The notes under the pieces: model-generated | Database searches by the model: none | What the model saw: the letters and a program-made list of their open reading frames with translations, nothing else | Told to the model about the DNA's origin: nothing | Made by a program: the position numbers and the translations under genes | NCBI RefSeq assembly: GCF_009914755.1 | Contig: NC_060938.1 | Strand: one strand, 5' to 3' | Source of the DNA: the human T2T-CHM13v2.0 reference genome, Homo sapiens | DNA: 64,000 bases | In this document: positions 27,547 through 43,089 of the stretch, piece by piece | Position numbering within the stretch: position 1 is the stretch's first letter | How the letters are laid out: the number at the start of each line of letters is the position of its first letter

Positions 27547-27821
27547 TTAAGGAGCTTGTATTTTTTAAAATTAAAGTTTGAGTTTTCTTGGCCAGCTTTT
27601 GGTTAACAAACACTCCACTTCCAAAGGGGCCATTGCAGTGGTGGTAGGACCTCTGGCCCCATCATTGCTGGACTGTAAGCAAAACTGTCCACTCAGTGCC
27701 TACCTATAGGCAATGGTGCTGATGGGCTTCACTGCCTCCATTTCCTATTTTGACAGCTATATTACTTTGCTGTAGAACATACTTATGTGAAACAGGACTC
27801 CTTGAGCCAAGCTCTTGCATT

Positions 27822-28025
27822 TAGTAGTTCTCAATGGGGAGGCATTTGGCAACATCTGGAGACATTTTTGGTTGTCACAATTTGGGAGGCAGGTGTGAGT
27901 GGGAGGAGGTGCTACCGATATCTAGCAGTTGGAGACCAGAAACATTCTACAATGTACAGAACAGCCCCCTACAACAAATAATTATATCACTTTAGAGATC
28001 GATGTATTTGAGCTTGAGACACTTT
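27822..28025. mobile_element. MER20 (hAT-Charlie)
   Basis: 'catttggcaacatctggagacatttttggttgtcacaa', 'ctacaatgtacagaacagcccc'. Confidence 0.85.
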
Positions 28026-28437
28026 GGCACAAATGAACAATAACATTTAAGGGTAAATTTTTAAAAAAATCCTTAAGTTAAAAAAAAAAACCTCTTTTCC
28101 TAATATCCTTCCAATTTTTCCATGAAGGCAAAAGAGTCAAGAAAGAACCAAGTTGGCTGCTTGCTATGAATGAAATTATTATTATTATTTTGTTTGATTC
28201 TACTTTTAGATAAGACAGTAATAGGTAAAGTTTTTCAAAAATAAAGTTAACATTTTCACTGTGTTGTCTTGCTTGACTTTTGTACAGGTTTTAAATGGAA
28301 AACATTTGTTATTGCCATGAATCTCTGTGTTAGACATTCTGACAGCACTTCCAGGTAGGCAGACAGCTGAGACCAGCCTGTCAGGATCTCTGACAAGTCC
28401 CACACCATCTCCTGACCATCAAGAGTAGGCGATTTGC

Positions 28438-28740
28438 CATTTAGCATTAGGTATATCTCCTAATGCTATCCCTCCCCCTCCCCCCACCCCACAACAGTCC
28501 CTGGAGTGTGATGTTCCCCTTCCTGTGTCCATGTGTTCTGCTTGTTCAATTCCCACCTATGAGTGAGAACATGCAGTGTTTGATTTTTTGTCCTTGCGAT
28601 AGTTTGCTGAGAATGATGGTTTCCAGTTTCATCCATGTCCCTAATTAATGGGTGCAGCACACCAACATGGCACATGTATACATATGTAACAAACCTGCAC
28701 ATTGTGCAAATGTACCCTAAAGCTTAAAGTATTAAAAAAA
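28438..28740 (+). mobile_element. Young L1PA 3' end with 5' inversion (twin priming)
   Basis: 28438-28643 antisense L1 3'UTR; 28645-28740 sense L1 end plus poly-A; TSD AA(G/A)AGTAGG(C/G)GATTTGC at 28421-28437 and 28741-28757. Confidence 0.93.
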
Positions 28741-30399
28741 AAAAGTAGGGGATTTGCTTCCTATGCAGTGAAAATGTTATAAAGTATTTTAAGCCAGGCA
28801 TTTACTAGTGATTATAAATGCATCAGAACATATTGGTCAAAGGACTAAGGCTGTGGTACAACATGGCCAGATATTTTTGAGAAAACTTGTGTAACATCAT
28901 GAAATAATGGTGTTAGTCTATATTGTGTGGTTATTTTCCTTTCCATTTACTGGCCTCTATAGTTCATGTCCAAGTGAGGATCTGTTAAGTAGATCAACTT
29001 AAACCCAAGAGAGATAACATTACTAATTTGAAGCATTCCAAACAAGCATGGATGACTTCATCTGTTAATCTTCAGTTAATTTATTTAAAAAGCTGTTTTC
29101 CAATGAGTTGACTGTATATGAATCAAGTGCATCAAATAATGTTCCTTGAGAGTTTTTAAGTTGCTTCATCATCTTTCCACTCTAGCTTTTGTCCATAGTC
29201 CTCTGGGGTTAGCAGGCAGACTACTCATTCAGATGCTTATTAATAGTTACACCTATTTGGATGCTCCAAGAGAAAAAGTTGGTGAAAGCATCTGTCGAGA
29301 ATCCAGTCCTTCACTGCCTGGAGGGATTAGCCACATGAGAAAACTCTTAGGAATCATGTTTATTTCTCTTCCAGGCACTATTTGTATCCAAGCTTTGCAT
29401 GAGCCCAAATTAAATAGATAAATTTCTTTTTCTGAGTATTGTTATTTACATAACTCTCTAGACTTTGGAGTTTAAGCCCATAAAAGCTAATATGTAAATG
29501 TCTTTAAGCTTTTTAAAAATTGTAGATGATCTTTGGCTACACTAGAGCATTTGCCTTTTGAGAAGAGAAATCTATTAAATGTCTGCTTTTACCTGTAAAA
29601 TATAACTGAGATTGGCTAACAGCTTGATGATTAAGACCGAATTCTCTCTAGGCAAACGATCTGTTCGAGTCTCGGATTCATGGTCAAGAAATGCAAATAC
29701 GTATATGTGAGCTTGTATGGAAAATCATTTCTGTGCCCATGGAGAAGTATGTGGAATTAATTTTGTTTGTTTCTTGGCCTGAAAGTGGATGCGTGCTTTC
29801 TATTTCTTCTCCTTCCTTTCTCCTTCCTACCTTGTTGCCCATCATTTCTGCTAATCTATTGACCTGATATTGAGAGAATTCCTAGCTTTGAACAAACAGA
29901 CCACATTGCTGCTTCTAGTTGCAGAGGGACTTATTCAGCCACGTTTTGATTCTGGTTAAAAAAGCAATTATGCTTTGGAGGGCTTTGATTTGATAGGAAA
30001 GCTTTCTTAAAGTCCACAGAATTTTATCTTTTGGTTGTCTTAGAAATTCTTACCTGGAAATTTTACAGCTTCAATTATTTGAAAGAAATGAGACAGTTTG
30101 TGCTGATTGAAGACATCTATTCTCTAATTAACCACAAAAGGCCTGAATCTTAATCCCTAATTCTTCAATCAGGAAAGATTTTCACAACTTGCACAGCTAG
30201 AGCCATGTAATTTGGGCAAATCGTTTAGCCTCTATGGATCTGTTTCCTTATCTATAATATGAGAGAAATTGCACTGTGACCTCTAATGTTTCTTCAAGGT
30301 CTAAAATTGTACGATTCTATGATTTCTTATTCCATATGCAGATTGTCGTTTGTTGAAGTGAAGTTGAAGGTCTGTGGCACATACCACAAAGAAAGAAAA

Positions 30400-30618
30400 T
30401 CCAAATTACAGGTCTGGAATAATATCCCAGCTCCTCACCACTTATCTGCTGTGTGAACTTGAACTACTTATATACCTTTCTGAGATGGGTTCTTTTATCC
30501 ATAAAACGGGCATAGTATCACCTATCTCATAAGATTCTCATGAGAATTATAAGAGATAATTTTACAAGGTGCCTGTAATAGTGCCTGGCACTTAGTAGAT
30601 GCTCAATAAATGTTAATT
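30400..30618 (+). mobile_element. MIR
   Basis: 'atcccagctc...ccactta...ctgtgtgaacttg', core, tail 'agtgcctggcacttagtagatgctcaataaatg'. Confidence 0.8.
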
Positions 30619-32107
30619 TTCTTCTCTTTTGGAGCTTTATAATAAAATTCTCTTAAATGCCCTGATTTCTTCCAAGTTTGTGAATCATTCCTCATCAAAT
30701 AAACAGTGGCATGGCTGCCCCTCCTTATTAAGGGGGCCCAAGTGGGGCAAGGTGAAATCCAGCCCTAGAGGTCTGCCTTTTGCTACAGATGCAACTTCCT
30801 CATTTTTGTTATTAAGAGCTCTCAGCAACAAAAGCAATTTGGAATTTAACAGGAAAATGATATTAGTCAGATTGACTCCTGTCAAAAGCTCTGTTTCAAT
30901 AAACATTTACAAGAAGGGAAGCTTGATAAGTGTGGCCCCAATCCAAGAAACATGTGGCAATGACAGCTTTGAGTCTGGCATTGAGATCCTTCCAGGTTAT
31001 TTTTCCATTCTGCATGAGTTTCCTTCCACTACAGAAGTACTTGAAACCGAATATCTATGCAGTTTATAGATAGTAACACTGTCTCGTTTGAACCAAGAAA
31101 AACAGTAACAAAGAAAGAGATGTGCTTCTAAAATAAGACAGATTTCCTTCTGCACTTAAGGCGGAAAATCCCTTGACTTCTTGCTGAAGATGGACCTGCC
31201 ATTCTTCATGGTGATTAAACACAGCAGTGGTTTATTTTGACCAAAGAAAACTTTATTTGTTCAGGCTTTTGTTATGTTGATGGAATCTTAGGATTCTGGA
31301 ACTGAAAGAAAACACAGAAATGATTGTCTGAATCTTCCTTCCCCAACTTTCAAGTGACTGGTGTGGGCACAGCTGGGATGTTAGTCTAGCAGACCAAGAT
31401 CCAAGCTAGAGAGTGGTTATTTGAGGATAAGCCAATCTCATCATCCTTTTTGGAAAGCCAAGAGACAAAACAGCAAAGTCAATCACCAATGCGGGCAGCA
31501 GGGGGTCTGGAGATGGCTCTAAGAGACAGGAACCAAGCAGGAGCTGGAAGAAATAAAGGAGAGCCCTGGATCATCGCACCCAACAGTAGGGATGTATGTG
31601 CTTACAGTGTGGGAGAGTCAGGCTGCTTGAAAAGCCAAGCAGACAAGAAAGGCCAACCCCTTCATTTCTAAGGGAAAACTGCTGCACAGAGCAGTTAAGG
31701 GACAATGCTGACATGGACACAGCTAGTTGGTGGCAGAAAGGACTAGCTCTGGAGTCTCCAGTGTCGTGTCTCTCTCTTCCCATAACTCAGTTTTTCTTTG
31801 GTATTGAGTTGATGGGCCCCCCTTTATAGATGTTACATTCTGTTTATCACAGTGATTCTCTGTTTCATTTACAATTCTTGTTTAAGGTGGGTGGAGGATG
31901 TTATTCTGTTCAGGGTGGACTATCATCTCTTTTTTAAAAGACAAAGTTGTATTCAAACTATGTATGTTCAGCAACCTACCTGTTCAGAAATGCATTCTTC
32001 ACATGGCACTGCATTCACAAAGATGGAGTGAGAGTAAATTTAGGACTAAATTGCAGAATAAGATGATCTTTTTATCAATTTTCCACCAGCTTTTCCCTAT
32101 TAATTTA

Positions 32108-32455
<348 letters not shown>

Positions 32456-32502
32456 TAATACTTTTCTGGTATCAAAGGTAAGTTATAGAAAATTACTTAA
32501 AA

Positions 32503-32673
32503 ATTTTTTTGACATGGAGTCTTGCACTGTCACCCAGGTTGGAGTGCAGTGGTGCATTTATGGCTCACTGCAGCTTCGTTCGAACTCCCAGGCTCAAGGG
32601 ATCTTCCCAGCTCAGCCTCCTGAGTAGCTGGAGCTGCAGGCACACACCATTATGCCTGGCTAATTTTTTGTAT

Positions 32674-32712
<39 letters not shown>

Positions 32713-32832
32713 GGTAGAGATGGGGCTTCACCATGTTGCCCAGGTTGGTCTCAAACTCCCGGGCTCAAGCAGTCTTCCCACCTCAGCCTCCCAAAGTGCT
32801 AAGATTACAGGGGTAAGCCACTGCACCTGGCC
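32503..32832 (-). mobile_element. AluJ with (TTTA)n expansion in the linker
   Basis: Antisense Alu; TSD TAGAAAATTA at 32486-32495 and 32833-32842; about ten TTTA units at 32670-32712. Confidence 0.92.
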
Positions 32833-33089
32833 TAGAAAATTATAAAAAGTTTTATTAGAATATTTTCCTTAAATCATTTGTGTTGATATGTATTTTATTA
32901 ATGCTGACTTAAAACTTTACATGATAATTTTACACTTATTAACACATCACTTGTCAAAATAATTAGTTCAGAGAAATCTGATAAAACATGGGTGAAATGT
33001 ATACAAGTATTTATATTTTATTCCTTTGGAAATGTCACTAAAATGAGAGGGATATTAAGCGTTAAGAAAGAGCTAAATCCAAAGAACAA

Positions 33090-33345
33090 AGATTATGGGT
33101 GAGGCAACTTCACAGGTGAGAGATGTCCACAACATTTGGATGACAGAAGCAGATGGATAAGTGGGAACTGACTTAACAGAGTATAAAACAAAGACTCTGA
33201 TGTGGGTGGCAGAAGAAGCCACCAAAAAGCAGCCCAGAGTATGCTGCAATGCCCTAGAAAGCCCACAGAATTGGAATCGCCAGTTACCTCTGAAGGCAAA
33301 GGTAGCGGGTGGCGCTGAAAACAGAAAACAGATTGGCTGGATCTC
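33090..33345 (+). mobile_element. Ancient HAL1/L1ME 5' region fragment
   Basis: Resembles recalled 'gaattgga...ccag.tacctctgaaggc...gggtgg.gctgaaaacag'. Confidence 0.4.
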
Positions 33346-35464
33346 CACCAGCTCCAACCTTGCTACCTCTTTGTTAAGAAGAACTGCTACATGTCCTTTT
33401 TTTCCTTTTTAAAATGTTTACAAAGATTCACTTTACATTTTCCAATTGGACCAGGTTTCCACACACAAATTGAATTATGGAAAAATTGGATTTAAAGATG
33501 CTTATTTTGGAATTAGTTTAATTGAGTAGACATCTGTCTACTGTGTTGAGCTGATACAAAGATGACTAAGCCAAAACCGCCTTCCCTCTGGGTCTCAGAA
33601 TCTAACTGGGGAGACAGATAGCCCAGCTAACCATAAACATGACAGAATGTGCTCAAGGGCTGTGAGAGAGGCATGGACAGAGGGAGGAGCCGTGGCCAGG
33701 CCTGTGGGAGGCACGGAAGGCTTCAGGGAGAAGGTGGCGGTTGACTGGATCATGAAGTGGCTTGTGACTGGGGAGTGACAGGCTTCCAGGGAGCAAAGGC
33801 CCTAGGGACTCAAAGAACGTTTCTGGGCATAGTGAACTGTCAGATTGTGTCTGACGAGCAATGTGGGGCCGTTGTTAGAAAAAAAAGTACACGTAAGGCT
33901 TATATTATGAAATAGATATAAAAGTTTATCACACTGGATTTGGAAACGAGAAAATGATTTGGGTTTTAGCTTCTCTCTCAGTGCATCACTCTAACACTGA
34001 ACGTAAAGCTCAGATAAATGTAAGGAATTACATTTTTATTGCAAGTGGGTTGTTGTTGCTATCATCATTTAGTCAGAGGATTTAAAGGGATATTCTAGGA
34101 GAAGCAGGCTGATAGTCACAGGTAACCTTCTGTGAGGGGCCCTCCCCTGGATATCCAGATCTTCACTGGAGGATGACTCCACTGATGGAACCATCAGACA
34201 TCACAAAAGTCTTGAGGGAGATATTTTGGGGTACATGAGGATAAGGGGGGCTCAGTGAGTAGAGCCCACTTGGGCATCAGATTGGTCATAACCTCCAAGG
34301 CTCCTTTACCTGTTGTGGTGGAGAAAAGCAATAGAAAGACTGACTGAGGAAACTCTACCTGTTATGGTGGCTCCTGGAAAGCGAGGGCCATGGTGTACTC
34401 TGCTTGCCATCCCCAGAGCCCATGGTAAACTGCCACCTAGGAATCAATGGTACTGAGTCTCCCCTTCTCACTGGTAGAAGTTAGTGCTGTTCTATCAACT
34501 TAGCTACTCTACAGCAATTAACTAATTAATTCAAATAATTACCGAATAGCTTCCATGTGCAGTTGAGCTCCTTACCTCTTGCAAACCACACCTGTCTCCG
34601 TGGGTTTCATGGATTTGCAGGGATGAGCTCTTTCCTCAATTATCCCACTAAAAGGGCCCTGAGTCCTGGATAGCATAGACTTGGGTCACCTATATTACGT
34701 TTGCCAGATTTTATGATCTAAAAACTTATTATTTGACTTTTAAGTTCTGAATTTTATTGGCTATTTATAATGATTTATGTTCTACTTATTTACCTAACCA
34801 TTTGGAGTTATAAGAGTTGTTTTATAAGCATCATAACTTACTGTCCTGGATTAAATATCCATTTTTAAAAGTTCCTAGTATTTGCTGCAAATCCAAAACT
34901 TAACAAGCGCAAGGTTTATTTTGAAATCACAGCAGAGAAATTGTATGGTTTTTAATGTCCACGAGGGAACAGCATTCCCCCCACATTCTGAACCACAATT
35001 TATTATTGTTTAAATGAATGCATGACTCTTTGCATACCAGTCTGTACTGTGGGTCATACGAAGTAACCTCAGAACAAAATCACTTTGTTCAATAAAAAAC
35101 AGGGCCCCTCTAGTCCTCTGGACCCCTTTCGATGTATACCGTATGAAAAAAAGTTTATTTGACTGTGTGATAACCTCAAGCATAATTCCTCATAGAAATA
35201 AACCTGACAAAAGTCTTACCCACCCTGCCACAGAGGGGAACTTAATGTCATCTTCAGCATTAACTCCTGCAAGGCAGGTAGACAGTACTTTTAAAGACAG
35301 TAGTCTAGGAGAGTAGACCCAAATGCTTAACAAAATGCAATATAAAAATTCTCATATTTGTGAGAAGTTCTTTTACATATATTCTCTATTTTATCCTCCC
35401 AATAGTGCCTCCTCTCTCCCAATTATTATGCCACCAAAAACATTTCCTAGAATTATGGAAATGA

Positions 35465-35800
<336 letters not shown>

Positions 35801-36459
35801 GATTTCAGTTTTAATTTCTCTAAAAACTAGGTGGTTAGAAGGCGAGCAGTGTTTTTAAAGTTTCTGGCATGTCTGTGGTTTAGCTCCCCTTTTAAGAAAG
35901 ACATTGGTCCAATAGCCCCAGTATTTTGGTGTCATCTTAGAGATGGAGGTGCTGCTCCTTAAGGGGTCACTGCATGAATCTGAGTCTACCGTGGTATAAT
36001 ATTTTAAAATCTTGCTTGGTTGAGGATATCTAAGACACTTAGGAAAAGTGATTTTACTTAAATATTTGAACTTTGTGACTTGGCAAGTCCAGGACTCTGT
36101 ATGTCTACTGTTGTCAGGTCTAGTAACCTCTGGGGCTGGGAAGCCAAGGATAGGAATAGTGCTACATAGAATTGCAATAAAGTCACAGCTTGCTCTCTCC
36201 CCACCCTCACCTCTGATATGGGTTATCAGTCCCCCAAGACCCTCCCTGGCCTGGTCTCTGTGGTCAGTGTCTGTTCTGTTGCTGTCCCCATTATTCAAGG
36301 TCTCTGTTCAGTGGGCTCTCAGCGTTTGGGTTGTTCAATATAGCCTCTTGTCTGAGACTAGCACCCCAACCCACACTACCCCACTAAATGTTTTGAGAGC
36401 TTCTCCTACCTTTACTCTTACAATGTGGTTCCAGTGAAAGCTGCCATGATCTTTTATGA

Positions 36460-36880
36460 ATATGTACAGTGACCTCCACGGCCACAGCTGATTAGCCTAG
36501 AGTTGGCATTAAGTCTGGGGCAATCAGACTCCTGCCTTGAGAATTTTGCAAACTAGAGTAAAGAAGAGAGTCAGTCCCTCTCTGGAAGTGCCAGTGGTTG
36601 CAAAGCTCAGGGGAGCTCTGGGAGTCTTTATTTCCTGCCATGGGGAGGAAACTTATCTGCAGTGGTGCTGCTGTATTGAGAGAAGCAGAAATGCGGATGA
36701 AACCATGATACGTGCTTCTGGTTCCAAGTGCTCCTAAGCAAAGCTGGATCCTTGCCTTTCTCTCACTTTGATCCTTCAACCCTTCCTTGGTTTCTGTGAA
36801 CTAATAAATTTCTCCTTCAATTCTGCTAGTTAAAATTGCATTTCTGTCACTTGCAGCCCAATGAGCTGCGTCCAACACCC
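36460..36880 (+). mobile_element. Old MLT1 (K/L-like) LTR
   Basis: 3' 'aataaatttctcct...tttctgtcacttgcagcc'. Confidence 0.5.
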
Positions 36881-37107
36881 TCCCACCTCTCCCTCTAGCA
36901 TTTGAATAATACCTATCTTGCACCTCATCTTTTCTATGCCCCAAATATCAACTATCTAACTTGATTAAATAACTAGTTACTCATGGTTTAGAGAAAACAG
37001 AGGTCAGTTGCCGCTGGGCTCTGGAAAAACATTCCTGGTTTATTTTATTGATGATTGACCATTAAGGTGGGGATTTTCAGGCTTGGCAGAGGGTTTCAGG
37101 CTTGATG

Positions 37108-37380
37108 AGTCTGGGTACATTGGCTCAAGCCAGTAATCCCAGCACTTTGGGAGGCCAAAGCAGGAGGATCACTTGAGGCCAGGAGTTTGAGACCAGCCTG
37201 GGTAACATGAGACCCTGTTTCTACAAAAAAAAAAAAAAAAAAAATAATTATATGGCACATGCCTGTAGTCCTAGCCACTAGAGAGGCTGAGGTAGGAGGA
37301 TCACCTGAGCCCAGGAGTTCAAGGCTGCAGTGACCTATAGTCAACACCACTGCACTCCAGCCTGGGTGACAGAGAAGACT
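37108..37380 (+). mobile_element. AluJ lacking a 3' A tail
   Basis: Alu dimer ending 'gacagagaagact' directly into unique sequence. Confidence 0.9.
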
Positions 37381-39409
37381 GGCGATATGTATTAGTTGCA
37401 TGGAGGCAGCTTAATGGAGCCCTGCCATGCATTAACACCTTCTGCTCTTACAACAGGAGAGCCCTCAAAACTTTGCTGACTAAAGTGTTAAAGAAATATG
37501 AACTTGAAAGAGTGACTGTGATATTAATTGTGCTAAACTGTGTAGTTTATATCAGCACAATTTTGTGACATGATCTGGGTCAGACATTAAGGAATTTTAT
37601 CTGATGGCTTCCTCAGTCTTGCTTTCCTAGTGGAGGGGTATTTTCTCTATTTGAATGTTGTAACCTTTTAGGCTGACATAATTTTCTGGGAGTAAAAACA
37701 TTAATGCCTCAAATGAAAGTAGTTCTTAGGAGAAGAGAGTAAGTAGAGATGAGGGAAAAATTTAGAAACTGAAAGAGACAAAAAGAATAGAGGAGTGTGA
37801 TAAAGGAAATGGAAAAGTGAGGGGAGGAGTGATAAGCAAATATAATGAAGCAGGAAATGGGGTAGAAAGACCAACGAAATTAAAAAGAAATTTAAATGGG
37901 AAGCTTGAATCCTCTTCATCTACTTTGGAAAAATGGAGAGCTTCTTATGCTTCCAGAAGAGAAAGATGTCAAAAGTGAAAGCAAAGTTCTAGCCTACGAT
38001 TTCCTGTCCAGCTGGAATGAGTTGTTAGGTGAGGATGAACACCAGCAGTGTTAGCCGAGCAGCATTTCCCGCTTGCTTGCGGTCCAGGTTGGTTCCAGTT
38101 TTGCTCTGGACATGATGTTCTGAGCCAAAGTAAGTTCTGTTCAATTTGGGACTGGATCTGGTTTTACCAGGATCCTTTGGTTTGGGAAGATGCTGCCAGC
38201 AACAGTCTGGCATCCCAGGTGTCATTCCCTGGCCTCTCCTGGTGGGAATGACTTGAAGACAGGGATTCATGTAGCACACTGGCAAACCTTCTCCTTGACT
38301 TAGAACTCTGGGAATGCATGTGCCCATGTCTCTGGAAACACAGCTCCTAATTTGGATTCTTGAGTGAGTGAGCTGAGTACTATCTCCTGAAGATGATATG
38401 TCTGTCCTGTAATCTCATTTTTTCCTTTGTTTTTCTTTATTTGCCATCAAGTGTTGGTTAGCTTTTCTTGCATTTTCATTAATGCCTCTGATAGCTTGTA
38501 AAACGCAAAGAATCAGCTGATTCATCTGGAAAACAGCTTCATGCTCCCTACACACTGTGGATTCAGCATAAATGCAATTTAATCCTATTACCTCCCAGAC
38601 AAAGTCAGCCTTTCAGTTCTTTCTAGAAGGGAGGACAAGAACAATATGAGTGTGTTTCAGTAGTTTCAGAATAGTTAGGAGCAAGAATGTTACAAGCCAT
38701 GGAATATACAAAACCTTTGCCAGCCAATATGTTTGATAGATGATAAATATGTTTGTAAAATAAATCCACACTTGGGCAGGGACCCATTATCAACAGCTGC
38801 AAAGCTTAAAGAGGATATCCTGCAGGGCTATCATTCACAAACACAACAACACATAAATAAATACCAGGGTGGTTTCTGATGGACTCTGTCATGACTCAAA
38901 ATTCACTTTTTAGAGGAAAAAAAGGTCACCCTGAGAGTTTCATTGCTTCAAGGATGACCTTAGCTATGTTATTTATGGACTAGAATGGATGATATGGCCT
39001 TTCTTTCAATATGCAACTTTACTGAGCTGGAAATCAAAAGGAGCAAAGACGGTGGGAAGGAATTGTTTGTTTTGTGTGTTATGATGATAGAACAGCATGA
39101 GGATCCCAACTGCTAAAACAGCTGCATCATAAATAACCCATGTAGAACAGATACAATGTGGGTGTGTGTGTGTGTGGTGAGGGGAAGGGCTTCAGTGGGG
39201 CTGCAGAATGAGTTCGTGAATGAAATGGTTAGTCACACAAGACTTATAAATACTGAAGAGTAACTAAGATTGCTGGCATGTGTTTTTATTAAAGTTCTGA
39301 GTTGGAAAGTTAGATTCAAGACTTAATGGTGATGGAATGGCCATTCTTTATTAATTTGGCATTTTAGTAAACCTGCATTTCATTTTATACAGTTCTCTAA
39401 TTCAGAAAC

Positions 39410-39985
39410 CTGAGCGAGAAATCTTCTCTTTCTCTTGCATCCTGCCTCTCTCCCCCAGTTCAGTCAGTCATCAGGCCTATCAGTTCTACTTCCTAGATAG
39501 TTCTTAAGTTTAGCCCCACCTCTTAATCCCCATGGCCAGTTCCCATGGTTTAGGTTATGTAATACATTTTTGACTGAGATTCCACTCCATTCCCACAGCC
39601 CTTGTGTCTCCAATCCAACACATCTTCCATGCTGCTCAAGAGATTAAATGCTTGCTCAACATATCTATCTCAGTGTTCCTCATCTCTCCATGCAGGATAA
39701 AATTCTGCATCCCTGTGTATAGCATATAAAGTCCAACACAATCAGCCTACTTGTATGCCTCAATTATTGCAACTTCCCACAGCACATCTATAGACAAGTT
39801 ACTTGCATTTCCTTGAAAAAAATCAAGACTTTTTTTCTGTCCACTGCATTTTTGCATGGTGTTCTCTCGGCTTTGAATGGCCTGTTTACTGTCATTGCAG
39901 CCTTTGGCCTGTCAAACTCCTACTTATCCTTCCCAGCTTCCTTCTAAAATCTCTTCTAATTCTCTATGAAGGATTTCTTGATCAT
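39410..39985 (+). mobile_element. L2 fragment
   Basis: Pyrimidine-rich L2-like body ('cagtcatcagg...cagttctacttcc', 'caaactcctacttatcctt'). Confidence 0.55.
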
Positions 39986-40089
39986 CCCTGCAGCGTTGGG
40001 GAAGTGTAATGAATGTTTACTAACTTTGCCATTCAGCACCTGCACAACCTTCTTGGGGACACAGTTTTACTTCGATGGTTCCCCTTTCC

Positions 40090-40890
<801 letters not shown>

Positions 40891-41234
40891 GTTTTTCTTC
40901 CCTCTGCTCCAGGCACCTTTTATATCCTTATATTTTGTTCTTGCCCCACTGTTGACTAATACCTGGTGTTTGGGTAAGGTGGAGAATGTAGGGCTTTCTT
41001 GTCTAAGGGAGGCATGGACATCAACTACCAGGGTCATCCTTCAATACTAATGATTGAGCATATTATGTATCTGGCATACAATTTGTATGCCTTGGGGAGA
41101 AAGAGGAAAAATGGAGAAGGCAAAAATGGAAGGAAATAGGGCAAGGAGAGAGGTGGTTTCCATACTAAATGGAGAGGGATGCGATTACCGCCGGGTCTTT
41201 ACTTCTATTCAGATACAAAGAAAAGGAAGGACTG

Positions 41235-41623
<389 letters not shown>

Positions 41624-43089
41624 TTAGCTTCCTGTTTATATTTGTAAGGAATATGGAGGCAGGAGTCGGAGGCAGGAGTCGGACAAACCTAGACTTGACC
41701 TGTCTTAGTCATGATTTCCATAGATATTTGTCATGGGCATAGACATTTTCACAGCTTCCACAAGGAGAGTCCTTGATTAGAATTTGAGAGTGAAACCAAG
41801 GCAATATAGTTTCCTAAGGTGGCAACCTGGATACTGCGGATTGATATAATAGGTCAGTTTGCAAGTTAGTGATCATGCTAAACAAAGCCCTAATGGCCCT
41901 CTTCTAAAGATGGATTTACTCCAGACACCTCCAGGAGCTCTGTTTGATGAAGTCTTCATACTAAGCTCAGAATTTTCTTATTTGGAAAATATCAGTTTGA
42001 ATGTATCCTCAACAGATCTTATGGTGGATGCTGGAATAGCACATGCAGAGGAAGTATGTTATTTCAAAATTCCCTTGGATTAAAGAAGAGGCCAAAGACT
42101 ATTTGATTTCTGTGCTAAAATATCAATGAATGCTCCTTATTCTGGAAGGGAGAGGTACAATAGTCAATAATAAAGACCCCATAATAGCTAGTCAAGCACA
42201 TACATGGAATCTAGAAACACTTTTAATCCACTATTTCAAATGCCTAATCCCAGTGCTACATTCTGTCTCCTTCCAAGTCTTCATGGTTGTGGAAACTGGA
42301 AAATTCAATTTGTCTCTGACCTCTGCCCATGCCTCTGTGGTTTTAGTGCTAAATATTATACTTGGGAAACATCATGTGGTCAATCTCAAGGAAAATGAAG
42401 ACTTTTGGACTCTCATCCTTTTTTTTTCTTTGCCTTACAGATCTTCAGCGCTCTGCTCTTCTACTTTATTCTTCCTTTTCTCCTACCCTCTTCCTGTCGA
42501 ATTTTGTGTCTAGCCTTAGGGGAGGGTTGTCTGTCATCCTATGTTTTGCTAGGGATGGGAGTTGGAGTAAGGTAGGGGCTTTGGGTCCTAAATGCGGAGA
42601 AGGGATAGAAAACATTTTCTTTGAAGGTAATCTTAGAGTAGAAGATTTAAGTAATTGGATTGCAAATACTAGTTTTCTGCTAGCACTTCCCATTGTTATT
42701 ATATTAAAAGAGTTTCCATCTCCTTAGTTTACTTTACAGAATACCTCATCCTTGGTAGGTATCAGGCTCCAAGAACAAGTGTAGGAAAGACCTATTGCAT
42801 GAGAAAAGGAACTATACAGAGAAGAGGATTTCTATACCCCTGACACCCAGGGCAGGAGACACTCAGATATTCTTTTAGGCTTTTACTTGGTCGCATGGCA
42901 ATTGCCCTGTGCCATGGCTTTTTTTGATTGGAATTCCTAAACTGAGAAATCAGACACTGAGTGGATTATATATTCTTGGCTGCCACTAGGAAAAGGAGTC
43001 ATGGTCTCAGCAGGGATAGCGACATTGTTTTAATTTCTACCATCTCAAAACAGATGGAACCCTGGCTTAACTCTGGTTTTGGCTCTGCT

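Noticed and set aside
33302-33317. CTCF-like GTAGCGGGTGGCGCTG
   Set aside because: Mismatches at key 5' positions, and it lies in an apparent ancient L1/HAL1 fragment
38510-38523. 14-bp palindrome GAATCAGCTGATTC (and a similar one near 30532)
   Set aside because: A few palindromes of this length are expected by chance in 64 kb
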